A DNA stretch of 64,000 bases from Eledone cirrhosa (taxonomy: Eukaryota). Location: assembly GCA_964016885.1 (NCBI GenBank), contig OZ024744.1, forward strand, positions 114,204,001 to 114,268,000. Direction: 5' to 3'. Of this stretch, positions 37,601 to 52,600 are shown piece by piece. The position numbers and the translations under genes are program-made. The notes under the pieces are model-generated. The model saw only the letters and a program-made list of their open reading frames with translations, did no database searches and was not told the DNA's origin. Position 1 is the first letter of the stretch, and every line of letters starts with the position of its first letter.

Positions 37601-40600
37601 CAGGAAAGAATCTCTGTATTGAGAGATCACAGCTCTGATACTATGTACATGTGGTTAGAATGTCTCAGGAAAGAATCTCTGAATTGAGAGATCACAGCTT
37701 TGATACTATGTACATGTGGTTAGAATGTCTCAGGAAAGAATCTCTGAATTGAGAGATCACAGCTCTGATACTATGGACATGTGGTTAGAATGTCTCAGGA
37801 AAGAATCTCTGAATTGAGAGATCACAGCTTTGATACTATAGATATGTGGTTAGAATGTCTCAGGAAAGAATCACTGAATTGAGAGATCACAGCTCTGATA
37901 CTATGGACATGTGGTTAGAATGTCCCAGGAAAGAATCTCTGAATTGAGAGGTCACAGTTCTGATACTACAGATATGTGGTTAGTATGTCTCAGGAAAGAA
38001 TCACTGAATTGAGAGATCACAGCTCTGATACTATGGACATGTGGTTAGAATGTCTCAGGAAAGAATCTCTGAATTGAGAGGTCACAGCTCTGATACTATG
38101 GACATGGGGTTAGAATGTCTCAGGAAAGAATCTCTGAATTGAGAGATCACAGCTCTGATACTATGACATGTGGTTAGAATGTCTCAGGAAAGAATCTCTG
38201 TATTGAGAGATCACAGCTCTGATACTATGACATGTGGTTAGAATATCTCAGGCAAGAAACTCTGAATTGAGAGTTCACAGCTCTGATACTACAAACATGT
38301 GGTTAGAATGTCTCAGGAAAGAATCTCTGAATTGAGAGATCACAGATCTGATACTATGACATGTGGTTAGAATGTCTCAGGAAAGAATCTCTGAATTGAG
38401 ATATCACAGCTCTGATACTATGGACATGTGTTTAGAATGTCTCAGGAAAGAATCTCTGTATTGAAAGATCACAGCTCTGATACTATGACATGTGGTTAGA
38501 ATATCTCAGGCAAGAAACTCTGAATTGAGAGATCACAGCTCTGATACTACAAACATGTGGTTAGAATGTCTCAGGAAAGAATCTCTGAATTGAGAGATCA
38601 CAGCTTTGATACTATGTACTGTGGTTAGAATTTCTCAGGAAAGAATCTCTGAATTGAGAGATCACAGCTCTGATACTATGGACATGTGGTTAGAATGTCT
38701 CAGGAAAGAATCTCTGTATTGTGAGATCACAGCTCTGATACTATGTACATGTGGTTAGAATATCTCAGGCAAGAAACTCTGAATTGAGAGATCACAGCTC
38801 TGATACTATGACATGTGGTTAGAATGTCTCAGGAAAGAATCTCTGAATTGAGAGATCACAGCTCTGATACTACAAACATGTGGTTAGAATGTCTCAGGAA
38901 AGAATCTCTGAATTGAGAGATCACAGCTCTGATACTATGTACATGTGGTTAGAATTTCTCAGGAAAGAATCTCTGAATTGAGAGATCACAGCTTTGATAC
39001 TATGTACATGTGGTTAGAATGTCTCAGGAAAGAATCTCTGTATTGAGAGATCACAGCTCTGATACTATGACATGTGGTTAGAATGTCTCAGGAAAGAATC
39101 TCTGAATTGAGATATCACAGCTCTGATACTATGGACATGTGGTTAGAATGTCTCAGGAAAGAATCTCTGAATTGAGATATCACAGCTCTGATACTATGGA
39201 CATGTGGTTAGAATGTCTTAGGAAAGAATCTCTGTATTGAGAGATCACAGCTCTGATACTATGTACATGTGGTTAGAATGTCTCAGGAAAGAATCTCTGA
39301 ATTGAGAGATCACAGCTTTGATACTATGTACATGTGGTTAGAATGTCTCAGGAAAGAATCTCTGAATTGAGAGATCACAGCTCTGATACTATGGACATGT
39401 GGTTAGAATGTCTCAGGAAAGAATCTCTGAATTGAGAGATCACAGCTCTGATACTATAGATATGTGGTTAGAATGTCTCAGGAAAGAATCACTGAATTGA
39501 GAGATCACAGCTCTGATACTATGGACATGTGGTTAGAATGTCCCAGGAAAGAATCTCTGAATTGAGAGGTCACAGTTCTGATACTACAGATATGTGGTTA
39601 GTATGTCTCAGGAAAGAATCACTGAATTGAGAGATCACAGCTCTGATACTATGGACATGTGGTTAGAATGTCTCAGGAAAGAATCTCTGAATTGAGAGGT
39701 CACAGCTCTGATACTATGGACATGGGGTTAGAATGTCTCAGAAAAGATTCTCTGAATTGAGAGATCACAGCTCTGATACTATGACATGTGGTTAGAATGT
39801 CTCAGGAAAGAATCTCTGTATTGAGAGATCACAGCTCTGATACTATGACATGTGGTTAGAATATCTCAGGCAAGAAACTCTGAATTGAGAGATCACAGCT
39901 CTGATACTACAAACATGTGGTTAGAATGTCTCAGGAAAGAATCTCTGAATTGAGAGATCACAGCTCTGATACTATGTACATGTGGTTAGAATGTCTCAGG
40001 AAAGAATCTGTGTATTGAGAGATCACAGCTCTGATACTATGACATGTGGTTAGAATGTCTCAGGAAAGAATCTCTGAATTGAGATATCACAGCTCTGATA
40101 CTATGGACATGTGTTTAGAATGTCTCAGGAAAGAATCTCTGTATTGAGAGATCACAGCTCTGATACTATGACATGTGGTTAGAATATCTCAGGCAAGAAA
40201 CTCTGAATTGAGAGATCACAGCTCTGATACTATGTACATGTGGTTAGAATGTCTCAGGAAAGAATCTCTGAATTGAGAGATCACAGCTCTGATACTAGGG
40301 ACATGTGGTTAGAATGTCTCAGGAAAGAATCTCTGAATTGAGAGATCACAGCTCTGATACTACAGATATTTGTTTAGAATGTCTCAGGAAAGAATCTCTG
40401 AATTGAGATATCACAGCTCTGATACTATGGACATGTGGTTAGAATGTCTCAGGAAAGAATCTCTGAATTGAGATATCACAGCTCTGATACTATGGACATG
40501 TGGTTAGAATGTCTCAGTAAAGAATCTCTGAATTGAGATATCACAGCTCTGATACTATGGACATGTGGTTAGAATGTCTCAGGAAAGAATCTCTGAATTG

Positions 40601-43600
40601 AGATATCACAGCTCTGATACTATGGACATGTGGCTAGAATGTCTCAGGAAAGAATCTCTGTATTGAGAGATCACAGCTCTGATACTATGTACATGTGGTT
40701 AGAATGTCTCAGGAAAGAATCTCTGAATTGAGAGATCACAGCTTTGATACTATGTACATGTGGTTAGAATGTCTCAGGAAAGAATCTCTGAATTGAGAGA
40801 TCACAGCTCTGACACTATGGACATGTGGTTAGAATGTCTCAGGAAAGAATCTCTGAATTGAGAGATCACAGCTCTGATACTACAGATATGTGGTTAGAAT
40901 GTCTCAGGAAAGAATCTCTGAATTGAGAGGTCACAGTTCTGATACTACAGATATGTGGTTAGAATGTCTCAGGAAAGAATCACTGAATTGAGAGATCACA
41001 GCTCTGATACTATGGACATGTGGTTAGAATGTCTCAGGAAAGAATCTCTGAATTGAGAGGTCACAGCTCTGATACTATGGACATGGGGTTAGAATGTCTC
41101 AGGAAAGAATCTCTGAATTGAGAGATCACAGCTCTGATACTATGACATGTGGTTAGAATGTCTCAGGAAAGAAGCTCTGAATTGAGAGATCACAGCTCTG
41201 ATACTATGACATGTGGTTAGAATATCTCAGGCAAGAAACTCTGAATTGAGAGATCACAGCTCTGATACTACAAACATGTGGTTAGAATGTCTCAGGAAAG
41301 AATCTCTGAATTGAGAGATCACAGCTCTGATACTATGTACATGTGGTTAGAATGTCTCAGGAAAGAATCTGTGTATTGAGAGATCACAGCTCTGATACTA
41401 TGACATGTGGTTAGAATGTCTCAGGAAAGAATCTCTGAATTGAGATATCACAGCTCTGATACTATGGACATGTGTTTAGAATGTCTCAGGAAAGAATCTC
41501 TGTATTGAGAGATCACAGCTCTGATACTATGACATGTGGTTAGAATATCTCAGGCAAGAAACTCTGAATTGAGAGATCACAGCTCTGATACTACAAACAT
41601 GTGGTTAGAATGTCTCAGGAAAGAATCTCTGAATTGAGAGATCACAGCTCTGACACTATGTACATGTGGTTAGAATGTCTCAGAAAAGAATCTCTGAATT
41701 GAGAGATGACAGCTCTCTCTAATACTATGTACATGTGGTTAGAATGTCTCAGGAAAGAATCTCTGAATTGAGAGATCACAGCTCTGACACTATGTACATG
41801 TGGTTAGAATGTCTCAGAAAAGAATCTCTGAATTGAGAGATGACAGCTCTCTCTAATACTATGTACATGTGGTTAGAATGTCTCAGGAAAGAATCTCTGA
41901 ATTGAGAGATCACAGCTCTGATACTATGACATGTGGTTAGAATGTCTCAGGAAAGAATCTCTGAATTGAGAGATCACAGCTCTGATACTACAGACATGTG
42001 GTTAGAATGTCTCAGGAAAGAATCTCTGAATTGAGAGATCACAGCTCTGATACTACAGACATGTGGTTAGAATGTCTCAGGAAAGAATCTCTGAATTGAG
42101 AGATCACAGCTCTGACACTATGGACATGTGGTTAGAGTGTCTCAGGAAAGAATCTCTGAATTGAGAGATCACAGCACTGATACTATGGACATGTGGTTAA
42201 AATATCTCAGGAAAGAAACTCTGAATTGAGAGATCACAGCTCTGATACTACAAACATGTGGTTAGAATGTCTCAGGAAAGAATCTCTGAATTGAGAGGTC
42301 ACAGTTCTGATAATACAGATATGTGGTTAGAATGTCTCAGGAAAGAATCACTGAATTGAGAGATCACAGCTCTGATACTATGGACATGTGGTTAGAATGT
42401 CCCAGGAAAGAATCTCTGAATTGAGAGGTCACAGTTCTGATAATACAGATATGTGGTTAGAATGTCTCAGGAAAGAATCACTGAATTGAGAGATCACAGC
42501 TCTGATACTATGGACATGTGGTTAGAATGTCTCAGGAAAGAATCTCTGTATTGAGAGATCACAGCTCTGATACTATGTACATGTGGTTAGAATGTCTCAG
42601 GAAAGAATCTCTGAATTGAGAGATCACAGCTCTGATACTATGGACATGTGGTTAGAATGTCTCAGGAAAGAATCTCTGAATTGAGAGATCACAGCTCTGA
42701 TACTACAGATATGTGGTTAGAATGTCTCAGGAAAGAATCACTGAATTGAGAGATCACAGCTCTGATACTATGGACATGTGGTTAGAATGTCCCAGGAAAG
42801 AATCTCTGAATTGAGAGGTCACAGTTCTGATAATACAGATATGTGGTTAGAATGTCTCAGGAAAGAATCACTGAATTGAGAGATCACAGCTCTGATACTA
42901 TGGACATGTGGTTAGAATGTCTCAGGAAAGAATCTCTGTATTGAGAGATCACAGCTCTGATACTATGTACATGTGGTTAGAATGTCTCAGGAAAGAATCT
43001 CTGAATTGAGAGATCACAGCTTTGATACTATGTACACGTGGTTAGAATGTCTCAGGAAAGAATCTCTGAATTGAGAGATCACAGCTCTGATACTATGGAC
43101 ATGTGGTTAGAATGTCTCAGGAAAGAATCTCTGAATTGAGAGATCACAGCTCTGATACTATAGATATGTGGTTAGAATGTCTCAGGAAAGAATCACTGAA
43201 TTGAGAGATCACAGCTCTGATACTATGGACATGTGGTTAGAATGTCCCAGGAAAGAATCTCTGAATTGAGAGGTCACAGTTCTGATACTACAGATATGTG
43301 GTTAGAATGTCTCATGAAAGAATCACTGAATTGAGAGATTACAGCTCTGATACTATGGACATGTGGTTAGAATGTCTCAGGAAAGAATGTCTGAATTGAG
43401 AGGTCACAGCTCTGATACTATGGACATGGGGTTAGAATGTCTCAGGAAAGAATCTCTGAATTGAGAGATCACAGCTCTGATACTATGACATGTGGTTAGA
43501 ATGTCTCAGGAAAGAATCTCTGTATTGAGAGATCACAGCTCTGATACTATGACATGTTGTTAGAATATCTCAGGCAAGAAACTCTGAATTGAGAGATCAC

Positions 43601-46600
43601 AGCTCTGATACTACAAACATGTGGTTAGAATGTCTCAGGAAGGAATCCCTGAATTGAGAGATCACAGCTCTGATACTATGTACATGTGGTTAGAATGTCT
43701 CAGGAAAGAATCTGTGTATTGAGAGATCACAGCTCTGATACTATGACATGTGGTTAGAATGTCTCAGGAAAGAATCTCTGAATTGAGATATCACAGATCT
43801 GATACTATGGACATGTGTTTAGAATGTCTCAGAAAAGAATCTCTGAATTGAGAGATGACAGCTCTCTCTAATACTATGTACATGTGGTTAGAATGTCTCA
43901 GGAAAGAATCTCTGAATTGAGAGATCACAGCTCTGATACTATGACATGTGGTTAGAATGTCTCAGGAAAGAATCTCTGAATTGAGAGATCACAGCTCTGA
44001 TACTACAGACATGTGGTTAGAATGTCTCAGGAAAGAATCTCTGAATTGAGAGATCACAGCTCTGATACTACAGACATGTGGTTAGAATGTCTCAGGAAAG
44101 AATCTCTGAATTGAGAGATCACAGCTCTGACACTATGGACATGTGGTTAGAGTGTCTCAGGAAAGAATCTCTGAATTGAGAGATCACAGCACTGATACTA
44201 TGGACATGTGGTTAAAATATCTCAGGAAAGAAACTCTGAATTGAGAGATCACAGCTCTGATACTACAAACATGTGGTTAGAATGTCTCAGGAAAGAATCT
44301 CTGAATTGAGAGGTCACAGTTCTGATAATACAGATATGTGGTTAGAATGTCTCAGGAAAGAATCACTGAATTGAGAGATCACAGCTCTGATACTATGGAC
44401 ATGTGGTTAGAATGTCCCAGGAAAGAATCTCTGAATTGAGAGGTCACAGTTCTGATAATACAGATATGTGGTTAGAATGTCTCAGGAAAGAATCACTGAA
44501 TTGAGAGATCACAGCTCTGATACTATGGACATGTGGTTAGAATGTCTCAGGAAAGAATCTCTGTATTGAGAGATCACAGCTCTGATACTATGTACATGTG
44601 GTTAGAATGTCTCAGGAAAGAATCTCTGAATTGAGAGATCACAGCTCTGATACTATGGACATGTGGTTAGAATGTCTCAGGAAAGAATCTCTGAATTGAG
44701 AGATCACAGCTCTGATACTACAGATATGTGGTTAGAATGTCTCAGGAAAGAATCACTGAATTGAGAGATCACAGCTCTGATACTATGGACATGTGGTTAG
44801 AATGTCCCAGGAAAGAATCTCTGAATTGAGAGGTCACAGTTCTGATAATACAGATATGTGGTTAGAATGTCTCAGGAAAGAATCACTGAATTGAGAGATC
44901 ACAGCTCTGATACTATGGACATGTGGTTAGAATGTCTCAGGAAAGAATCTCTGTATTGAGAGATCACAGCTCTGATACTATGTACATGTGGTTAGAATGT
45001 CTCAGGAAAGAATCTCTGAATTGAGAGATCACAGCTTTGATACTATGTACACGTGGTTAGAATGTCTCAGGAAAGAATCTCTGAATTGAGAGATCACAGC
45101 TCTGATACTATGGACATGTGGTTAGAATGTCTCAGGAAAGAATCTCTGAATTGAGAGATCACAGCTCTGATACTATAGATATGTGGTTAGAATGTCTCAG
45201 GAAAGAATCACTGAATTGAGAGATCACAGCTCTGATACTATGGACATGTGTTTAGAATGTCCCAGGAAAGAATCTCTGAATTGAGAGGTCACAGTTCTGA
45301 TACTACAGATATGTGGTTAGAATGTCTCATGAAAGAATCACTGAATTGAGAGATTACAGCTCTGATACTATGGACATGTGGTTAGAATGTCTCAGGAAAG
45401 AATGTCTGAATTGAGAGGTCACAGCTCTGATACTATGGACATGGGGTTAGAATATCTCAGGCAAGAAACTCTGAATTGAGAGATCACAGCTCTGATACTA
45501 CAAACATGTGGTTAGAATGTCTCAGGAAGGAATCCCTGAATTGAGAGATCACAGCTCTGATACTATGTACATGTGGTTAGAATGTCTCAGGAAAGAATCT
45601 GTGTATTGAGAGATCACAGCTCTGATACTATGACATGTGGTTAGAATGTCTCAGGAAAGAATCTCTGAATTGAGATATCACAGATCTGATACTATGGACA
45701 TGTGTTTAGAATGTCTCAGGAAAGAATCTCTGTATTGAGAGATCACAGCTCTCATACTATGACATGTGGTTAGAATATCTCAGGCAAGAAACTCTGAATT
45801 GAGAGATCACAGCTCTGATACTACAAACATGTGGTTAGAATGTCTCAGGAAAGAATCTCTGAATTGAGAGATCACAGCTTTGATACTATGTACTGTGGTT
45901 AGAATTTCTCAGGAAAGAATCTCTGAATTGAGAGATCACAGCTTTGATACTATGTACATGTGGTTGGAATGTCTCAGGAAAGAATCTCTGTATTGAGAGA
46001 TCACAGCTCTGATACTATGACATGTGGTTAGAATGTCTCAGGAAAGAATCTCTGAATTGAGATATCACAGCTCTGATACTATGGACATGTGGTTAGAATG
46101 TCTCAGGAAAGAATCTCTGAATTGAGATATCACAGCTCTGATACTATGGACATGTGGTTAGAATGTCTCAGGAAAGAATCTCTGTATTGAGAGATCACAG
46201 CTCTGATACTATGTACATGTGGTTAGAATGTCTCAGGAAAGAATCTCTGAATTGAGAGATCACAGCTTTGATACTATGTACATGTGGTTAGAATGTCTCA
46301 GGAAAGAATCTCTGAATTGAGAGATCACAGCTCTGATACTATGGACATGTGGTTAGAATGTCTCAGGAAAGAATCTCTGAATTGAGAGATCACAGCTCTG
46401 ATACTACAGATATTTGTTTAGAATGTCTCAGGAAAGAATCTCTGAATTGAGATATCACAGCTCTGATACTATGGACATGTGGTTAGAATGTCTCAGGAAA
46501 GAATCTCTGAATTGAGATATCACAGCTCTGATACTATGGACATGTGGTTAGAATGTCTCAGGAAAGAATCTCTGTATTGAGAGATCACAGCTCTGATACT

Positions 46601-49600
46601 ATGTACATGTGGTTAGAATGTCTCAGGAAAGAATCTCTGAATTGAGAGGTCACAGTTCTGATACTACAGATATGTGGTTAGAATGTCTCATGAAAGAATC
46701 ACTGAATTGAGAGATCACAGCTCTGATACTATGGACATGTGGTTAGAATGTCTCAGGAAAGAATGTCTGAATTGAGAGGTCACAGCTCTGATACTATGGA
46801 CATGGGGTTAGAATGTCTCAGGAAAGAATCTCTGAATTGAGAGATCACAGCTCTGATACTATGACATGTGGTTAGAATGTCTCAGGAAAGAATCTCTGTA
46901 TTGAGAGATCACAGCTCTGATACTATGACATGTTGTTAGAATATCTCAGGCAAGAAACTCTGAATTGAGAGATCACAGCTCTGATACTACAAACATGTGG
47001 TTAGAATGTCTCAGGAAGGAATCCCTGAATTGAGAGATCACAGCTCTGATACTATGTACATGTGGTTAGAATGTCTCAGGAAAGAATCTGTGTATTGAGA
47101 GATCACAGCTCTGATACTATGACATGTGGTTAGAATGTCTCAGGAAAGAATCTCTGAATTGAGATATCACAGATCTGATACTATGGACATGTGTTTAGAA
47201 TGTCTCAGGAAAGAATCTCTGTATTGAGAGATCACAGCTCTCATACTATGACATGTGGTTAGAATATCTCAGGCAAGAAACTCTGAATTGAGAGATCACA
47301 GCTCTGATACTACAAACATGTGGTTAGAATGTCTCAGGAAAGAATCTCTGAATTGAGAGATCACAGCTTTGATACTATGTACTGTGGTTAGAATTTCTCA
47401 GGAAAGAATCTCTGAATTGAGAGATCACAGCTTTGATACTATGTACATGTGGTTGGAATGTCTCAGGAAAGAATCTCTGTATTGAGAGATCACAGCTCTG
47501 ATACTATGACATGTGGTTAGAATGTCTCAGGAAAGAATCTCTGAATTGAGATATCACAGCTCTGATACTATGGACATGTGGTTAGAATGTCTCAGGAAAG
47601 AATCTCTGAATTGAGATATCACAGCTCTGATACTATGGACATGTGGTTAGAATGTCTCAGGAAAGAATCTCTGTATTGAGAGATCACAGCTTTGATACTA
47701 TGTACATGTGGTTAGAATGTCTCAGGAAAGAATCTCTGAATTGAGAGATCACAGCTCTGATACTATGGACATGTGGTTAGAATGTCTCAGGAAAGAATCT
47801 CTGAATTGAGAGATCACAGCTCTGATACTACAGATATTTGTTTAGAATGTCTCAGGAAAGAATCTCTGAATTGAGATATCACAGCTCTGATACTATGGAC
47901 ATGTGGTTAGAATGTCTCAGGAAAGAATCTCTGAATTGAGATATCACAGCTCTGATACTAAGGACATGTGGTTAGAATGTCTCAGTAAAGAATCTCTGAA
48001 TTGAGATATCACAGCTCTGATACTATGGACATGTGGTTAGAATGTCTCAGGAAAGAATCTCTGAATTGAGATATCACAGCTCTGATACTATGGACATGTG
48101 GTTAGAATGTCTCAGGAAAGAATCTCTGAATTGAGAGATCACAGCTCTGATACTACAGATATGTGGTTAGAATGTCTCAGGAAAGAATCTCTGAATTGAG
48201 AGGTCACAGTTCTGATACTACAGATATGTGGTTAGAATGTCTCAGGAAAGAATCACTGAATTGAGAGATCACAGCTCTGATACTATGGACATGTGGTTAG
48301 AATGTCTCAGGAAAGAATCTCTGAATTGAGAGGTCACAGCTCTGATACTATGGACATGGGGTTAGAATGTCTCAAGAAAAAATCTCTGAATTGAGAGATC
48401 ACAGCTCTGATACTATGACATGTGGTTAGAATGTCTCAGGAAAGAATCTCTGTATTGAGAGATCACAGCTCTGATACTATGACATGTGGTTAGAATATCT
48501 CAGGCAAGAAACTCTGAATTGAGAGATCACAGCTCTGATACTACAAACATGTGGTTAGAATGTCTCAGGAAAGAATCTCTGAATTGAGAGATCACAGCTC
48601 TGATACTATGTACATGTGGTTAGAATGTCTCAGGAAAGAATCTGCGTATTGAGAGATCACAGCTCTGATACTATGACATGTGGTTAGAATGTCTCAGGAA
48701 AGAATCTCTGAATTGAGATATCACAGCTCTGATACTATGGACATGTGGTTAGAATGTCTCAGGAAAGAATCTCTGAATTGAGAGATCACAGCTCTGACAC
48801 TATGTACATGTGGTTAGAATGTCTCAGAAAAGAATCTCTGAATTGAGAGATCACAGCTATCTCTAATACTATGTACATGTGGTTAGAATGTCTCAGGAAA
48901 GAATCTCTGAATTGAGAGATCACAGCTCTGATACTATGACATGTGGTTAGAATGTCTCAGGAAAGAATCTCTGAATTGAGAGATCACAGCTCTGATACTA
49001 CAGACATGTGGTTAGAATGTCTCAGGAAAGAATCTCTGAATTGAGAGATCACAGCTCTGATACTACAGACATGTGGTTAGAATGTCTCAGGAAAGAATCT
49101 CTGAATTGAGAGATCACAGCTCTGACACTATGGACATGTGGTTAGAGTGTCTCAGGAAAGAATCTCTGAATTGAGAGATCACAGCACTGATACTATGGAC
49201 ATGTGGTTAAAATATCTCAGGAAAGAAACTCTGAATTGAGAGATCACAGCTTTGATACTATGTACATGTGGTTAGAATGTCTCAGGAAAGAATCTTTGAA
49301 TTGAGAGATCACAGCTCTGACACTATGGACATGTGGTTAGAATGTCTCAGTAAAGAATCTCTGAATTGAGATATCACAGCTCTGATACTATGGACATGTG
49401 GTTAGAATGTCTCAGGAAAGAATCTCTGAATTGAGATATCACAGCTCTGATACTATGGACATGTGGTTAGAATGTCTCAGGAAAGAATCTCTGAATTGAG
49501 AGATCACAGCTCTGATACTACAGATATGTGGTTAGAATGTCTCAGGAAAGAATCTCTGAATTGAGAGGTCACAGTTCTGATACTACAGATATGTGGTTAG

Positions 49601-52600
49601 AATGTCTCAGGAAAGAATCACTGAATTGAGAGATCACAGCTCTGATACTATGGACATGTGGTTAGAATGTCTCAGGAAAGAATCTCTGAATTGAGAGGTC
49701 ACAGCTCTGATACTATGGACATGGGGTTAGAATGTCTCAGGAAAAAATCTCTGAATTGAGAGATCACAGCTCTGATACTATGACATGTGGTTAGAATGTC
49801 TCAGGAAAGAATCTCTGTATTGAGAGATCACAGCTCTGATACTATGACATGTGGTTAGAATATCTCAGGCAAGAAACTCTGAATTGAGAGATCACAGCTC
49901 TGATACTACAAACATGTGGTTAGAATGTCTCAGGAAAGAATCTCTGAATTGAGAGATCACAGCTCTGATACTATGTACATGTGGTTAGAATGTCTCAGGA
50001 AAGAATCTGCGTATTGAGAGATCACAGCTCTGATACTATGACATGTGGTTAGAATGTCTCAGGAAAGAATCTCTGAATTGAGATATCACAGCTCTGATAC
50101 TATGGACATGTGGTTAGAATGTCTCAGGAAAGAATCTCTGAATTGAGAGATCACAGCTCTGACACTATGTACATGTGGTTAGAATGTCTCAGAAAAGAAT
50201 CTCTGAATTGAGAGATCACAGCTATCTCTAATACTATGTACATGTGGTTAGAATGTCTCAGGAAAGAATCTCTGAATTGAGAGATCACAGCTCTGATACT
50301 ATGACATGTGGTTAGAATGTCTCAGGAAAGAATCTCTGAATTGAGAGATCACAGCTCTGATACTACAGACATGTGGTTAGAATGTCTCAGGAAAGAATCT
50401 CTGAATTGAGAGATCACAGCTCTGATACTACAGACATGTGGTTAGAATGTCTCAGGAAAGAATCTCTGAATTGAGAGATCACAGCTCTGACACTATGGAC
50501 ATGTGGTTAGAGTGTCTCAGGAAAGAATCTCTGAATTGAGAGATCACAGCACTGATACTATGGACATGTGGTTAAAATATCTCAGGAAAGAAACTCTGAA
50601 TTGAGAGATCACAGCTTTGATACTACGTACATGTGGTTAGAATGTCTCAGGAAAGAATCTTTGAATTGAGAGAACACAGCTTTGATACTATGTACATGTG
50701 GTTAGAATGTCTCAGGAAAGAATCTCTGAATTGAGAGATCACAGCTCTGATACTATGGACATGTGGTTAGAATGTCTCAGGAAAGAATCTCTGAATTGAG
50801 GGATCACAGCTCTGATACTATAGATATGTGGTTAGAATGTCTCAGGAAAGAATCACTGAATTGAGAGATCACAGCTCTGATACTATGGACATGTGGTTAG
50901 AATGTCCCAGGAAAGAATCTCTGAATTGAGAGGTCACAGTTCTGATACTACAGATATGTGGTTAGAATGTCTCAGGAAAGAATCACTGAATTGAGAGATC
51001 ACAGCTCTGATACTATGGACATGTGGTTAGAAAGTCTCAGGAAAGAATCTCTGAATTGAGAGGTCACAGCTCTGATACTATGGACATGGGGTTAGAATGT
51101 CTCAGGAAAGAATCACTGAATTGAGAGATCACAGCTCTGATACTATGACATGTGGTTAGAATGTCTCAGGAAAGAATCTCTGTATTGAGAGATCACAGCT
51201 CTGATACTATGACATGTGGTTAGAATATCTCAGGCAAGAAACTCTGAATTGAGAGATCACAGCTCTGATACTACAAACATGTGGTTAGAATGTCTCAGGA
51301 AAGAATCTCTGAATTGAGAGATCACAGCTCTGATACTATGTACATGTGGTTAGAATGTCTCAGGAAAGAATCTGTGTATTGAGAGATCACAGCTCTGATA
51401 CTATGACATGTGGTTAGAATGTCTCAGGAAAGAATCTCTGAATTGAGATATCACAGCTCTGATACTATGGACATGTGGTTAGAATGTCTCAGGAAAGAAT
51501 CTCTGTATTGAGAGATCACAGCTCTGATACTATGACATGTGGTTAGAATATCTCAGGCAAGAAACTCTGAATTGAGAGATCACAGCTCTGATACTACAAA
51601 CATGTGGTTAGAATGTCTCAGGAAAGAATCTCTGAATTGAGAGATCACAGCTTTGATACTATGTACATGTGGTTAGAATTTCTCAGGAAAGAATCTCTGA
51701 ATTGAGAGATCACAGCTTTGATACTATGTACATGTGGTTAGAATGTCTCAGGAAAGAATCTCTGAATTGAGATATCACAGCTCTGATACTATGGACATGT
51801 GGTTAGAATGTCTCAGGAAAGAATCTCTGAATTGAGAGATCACAGCTCTGATACTACAGATATGTGGTTAGAATGTCTCAGGAAAGAATCACTGAATTGA
51901 GAGATCACAGCTCTGATACTATGGACATGTGGTTAGAATGTCCCAGGAAAGAATCTCTGAATTGAGAGGTCACAGTTCTGATACTACAGATATGTGGTTA
52001 GAATGTCTCAGGAAACAATCACTGAATAGAGAGATCACAGCTCTGATACTATGGACATGTGGTTAGAATGTCTCAGGAAAGAATCTCTGTATTGAGAGAT
52101 CACAGCTCTGATACTATGTACATGTGGTTAGAATGTCTCAGAAAAGAATCTCTGAATTGAGAGATCACAGCTCTGATACTATGTACATGTGGTTAGAAAG
52201 TCTCAGGAAAGAATCTCTGAATTGAGAGATCACAGCTCTGATACTATGACATGTGGTTAGAATGTCTCAGGAAAGAATCTCTGAATTGAGAGATCACAGC
52301 TCTGATACTACAGACATGTGGTTAGAATGTCTCAGGAAAGAATCTCTGAATTGAGAGATCACAGCTCTGATACTACAGACATGTGTTTAGAATGTCTCAG
52401 GAAAGAATCTCTGAATTGAGAGATCACAGCTCTGACACTATGGACATGTGGTTAGAATGTCTCAGGAAAGAATCTCTGAATTGAGAGATCACAGCTTTGA
52501 TACTATGTACATGTGGTTAGAATGTCTCAGGAAAGAATCTCTGAATTGAGAGATCACAGCTTTGATACTATGTACATGTGGTTAGAATGTCTCAGGAAAG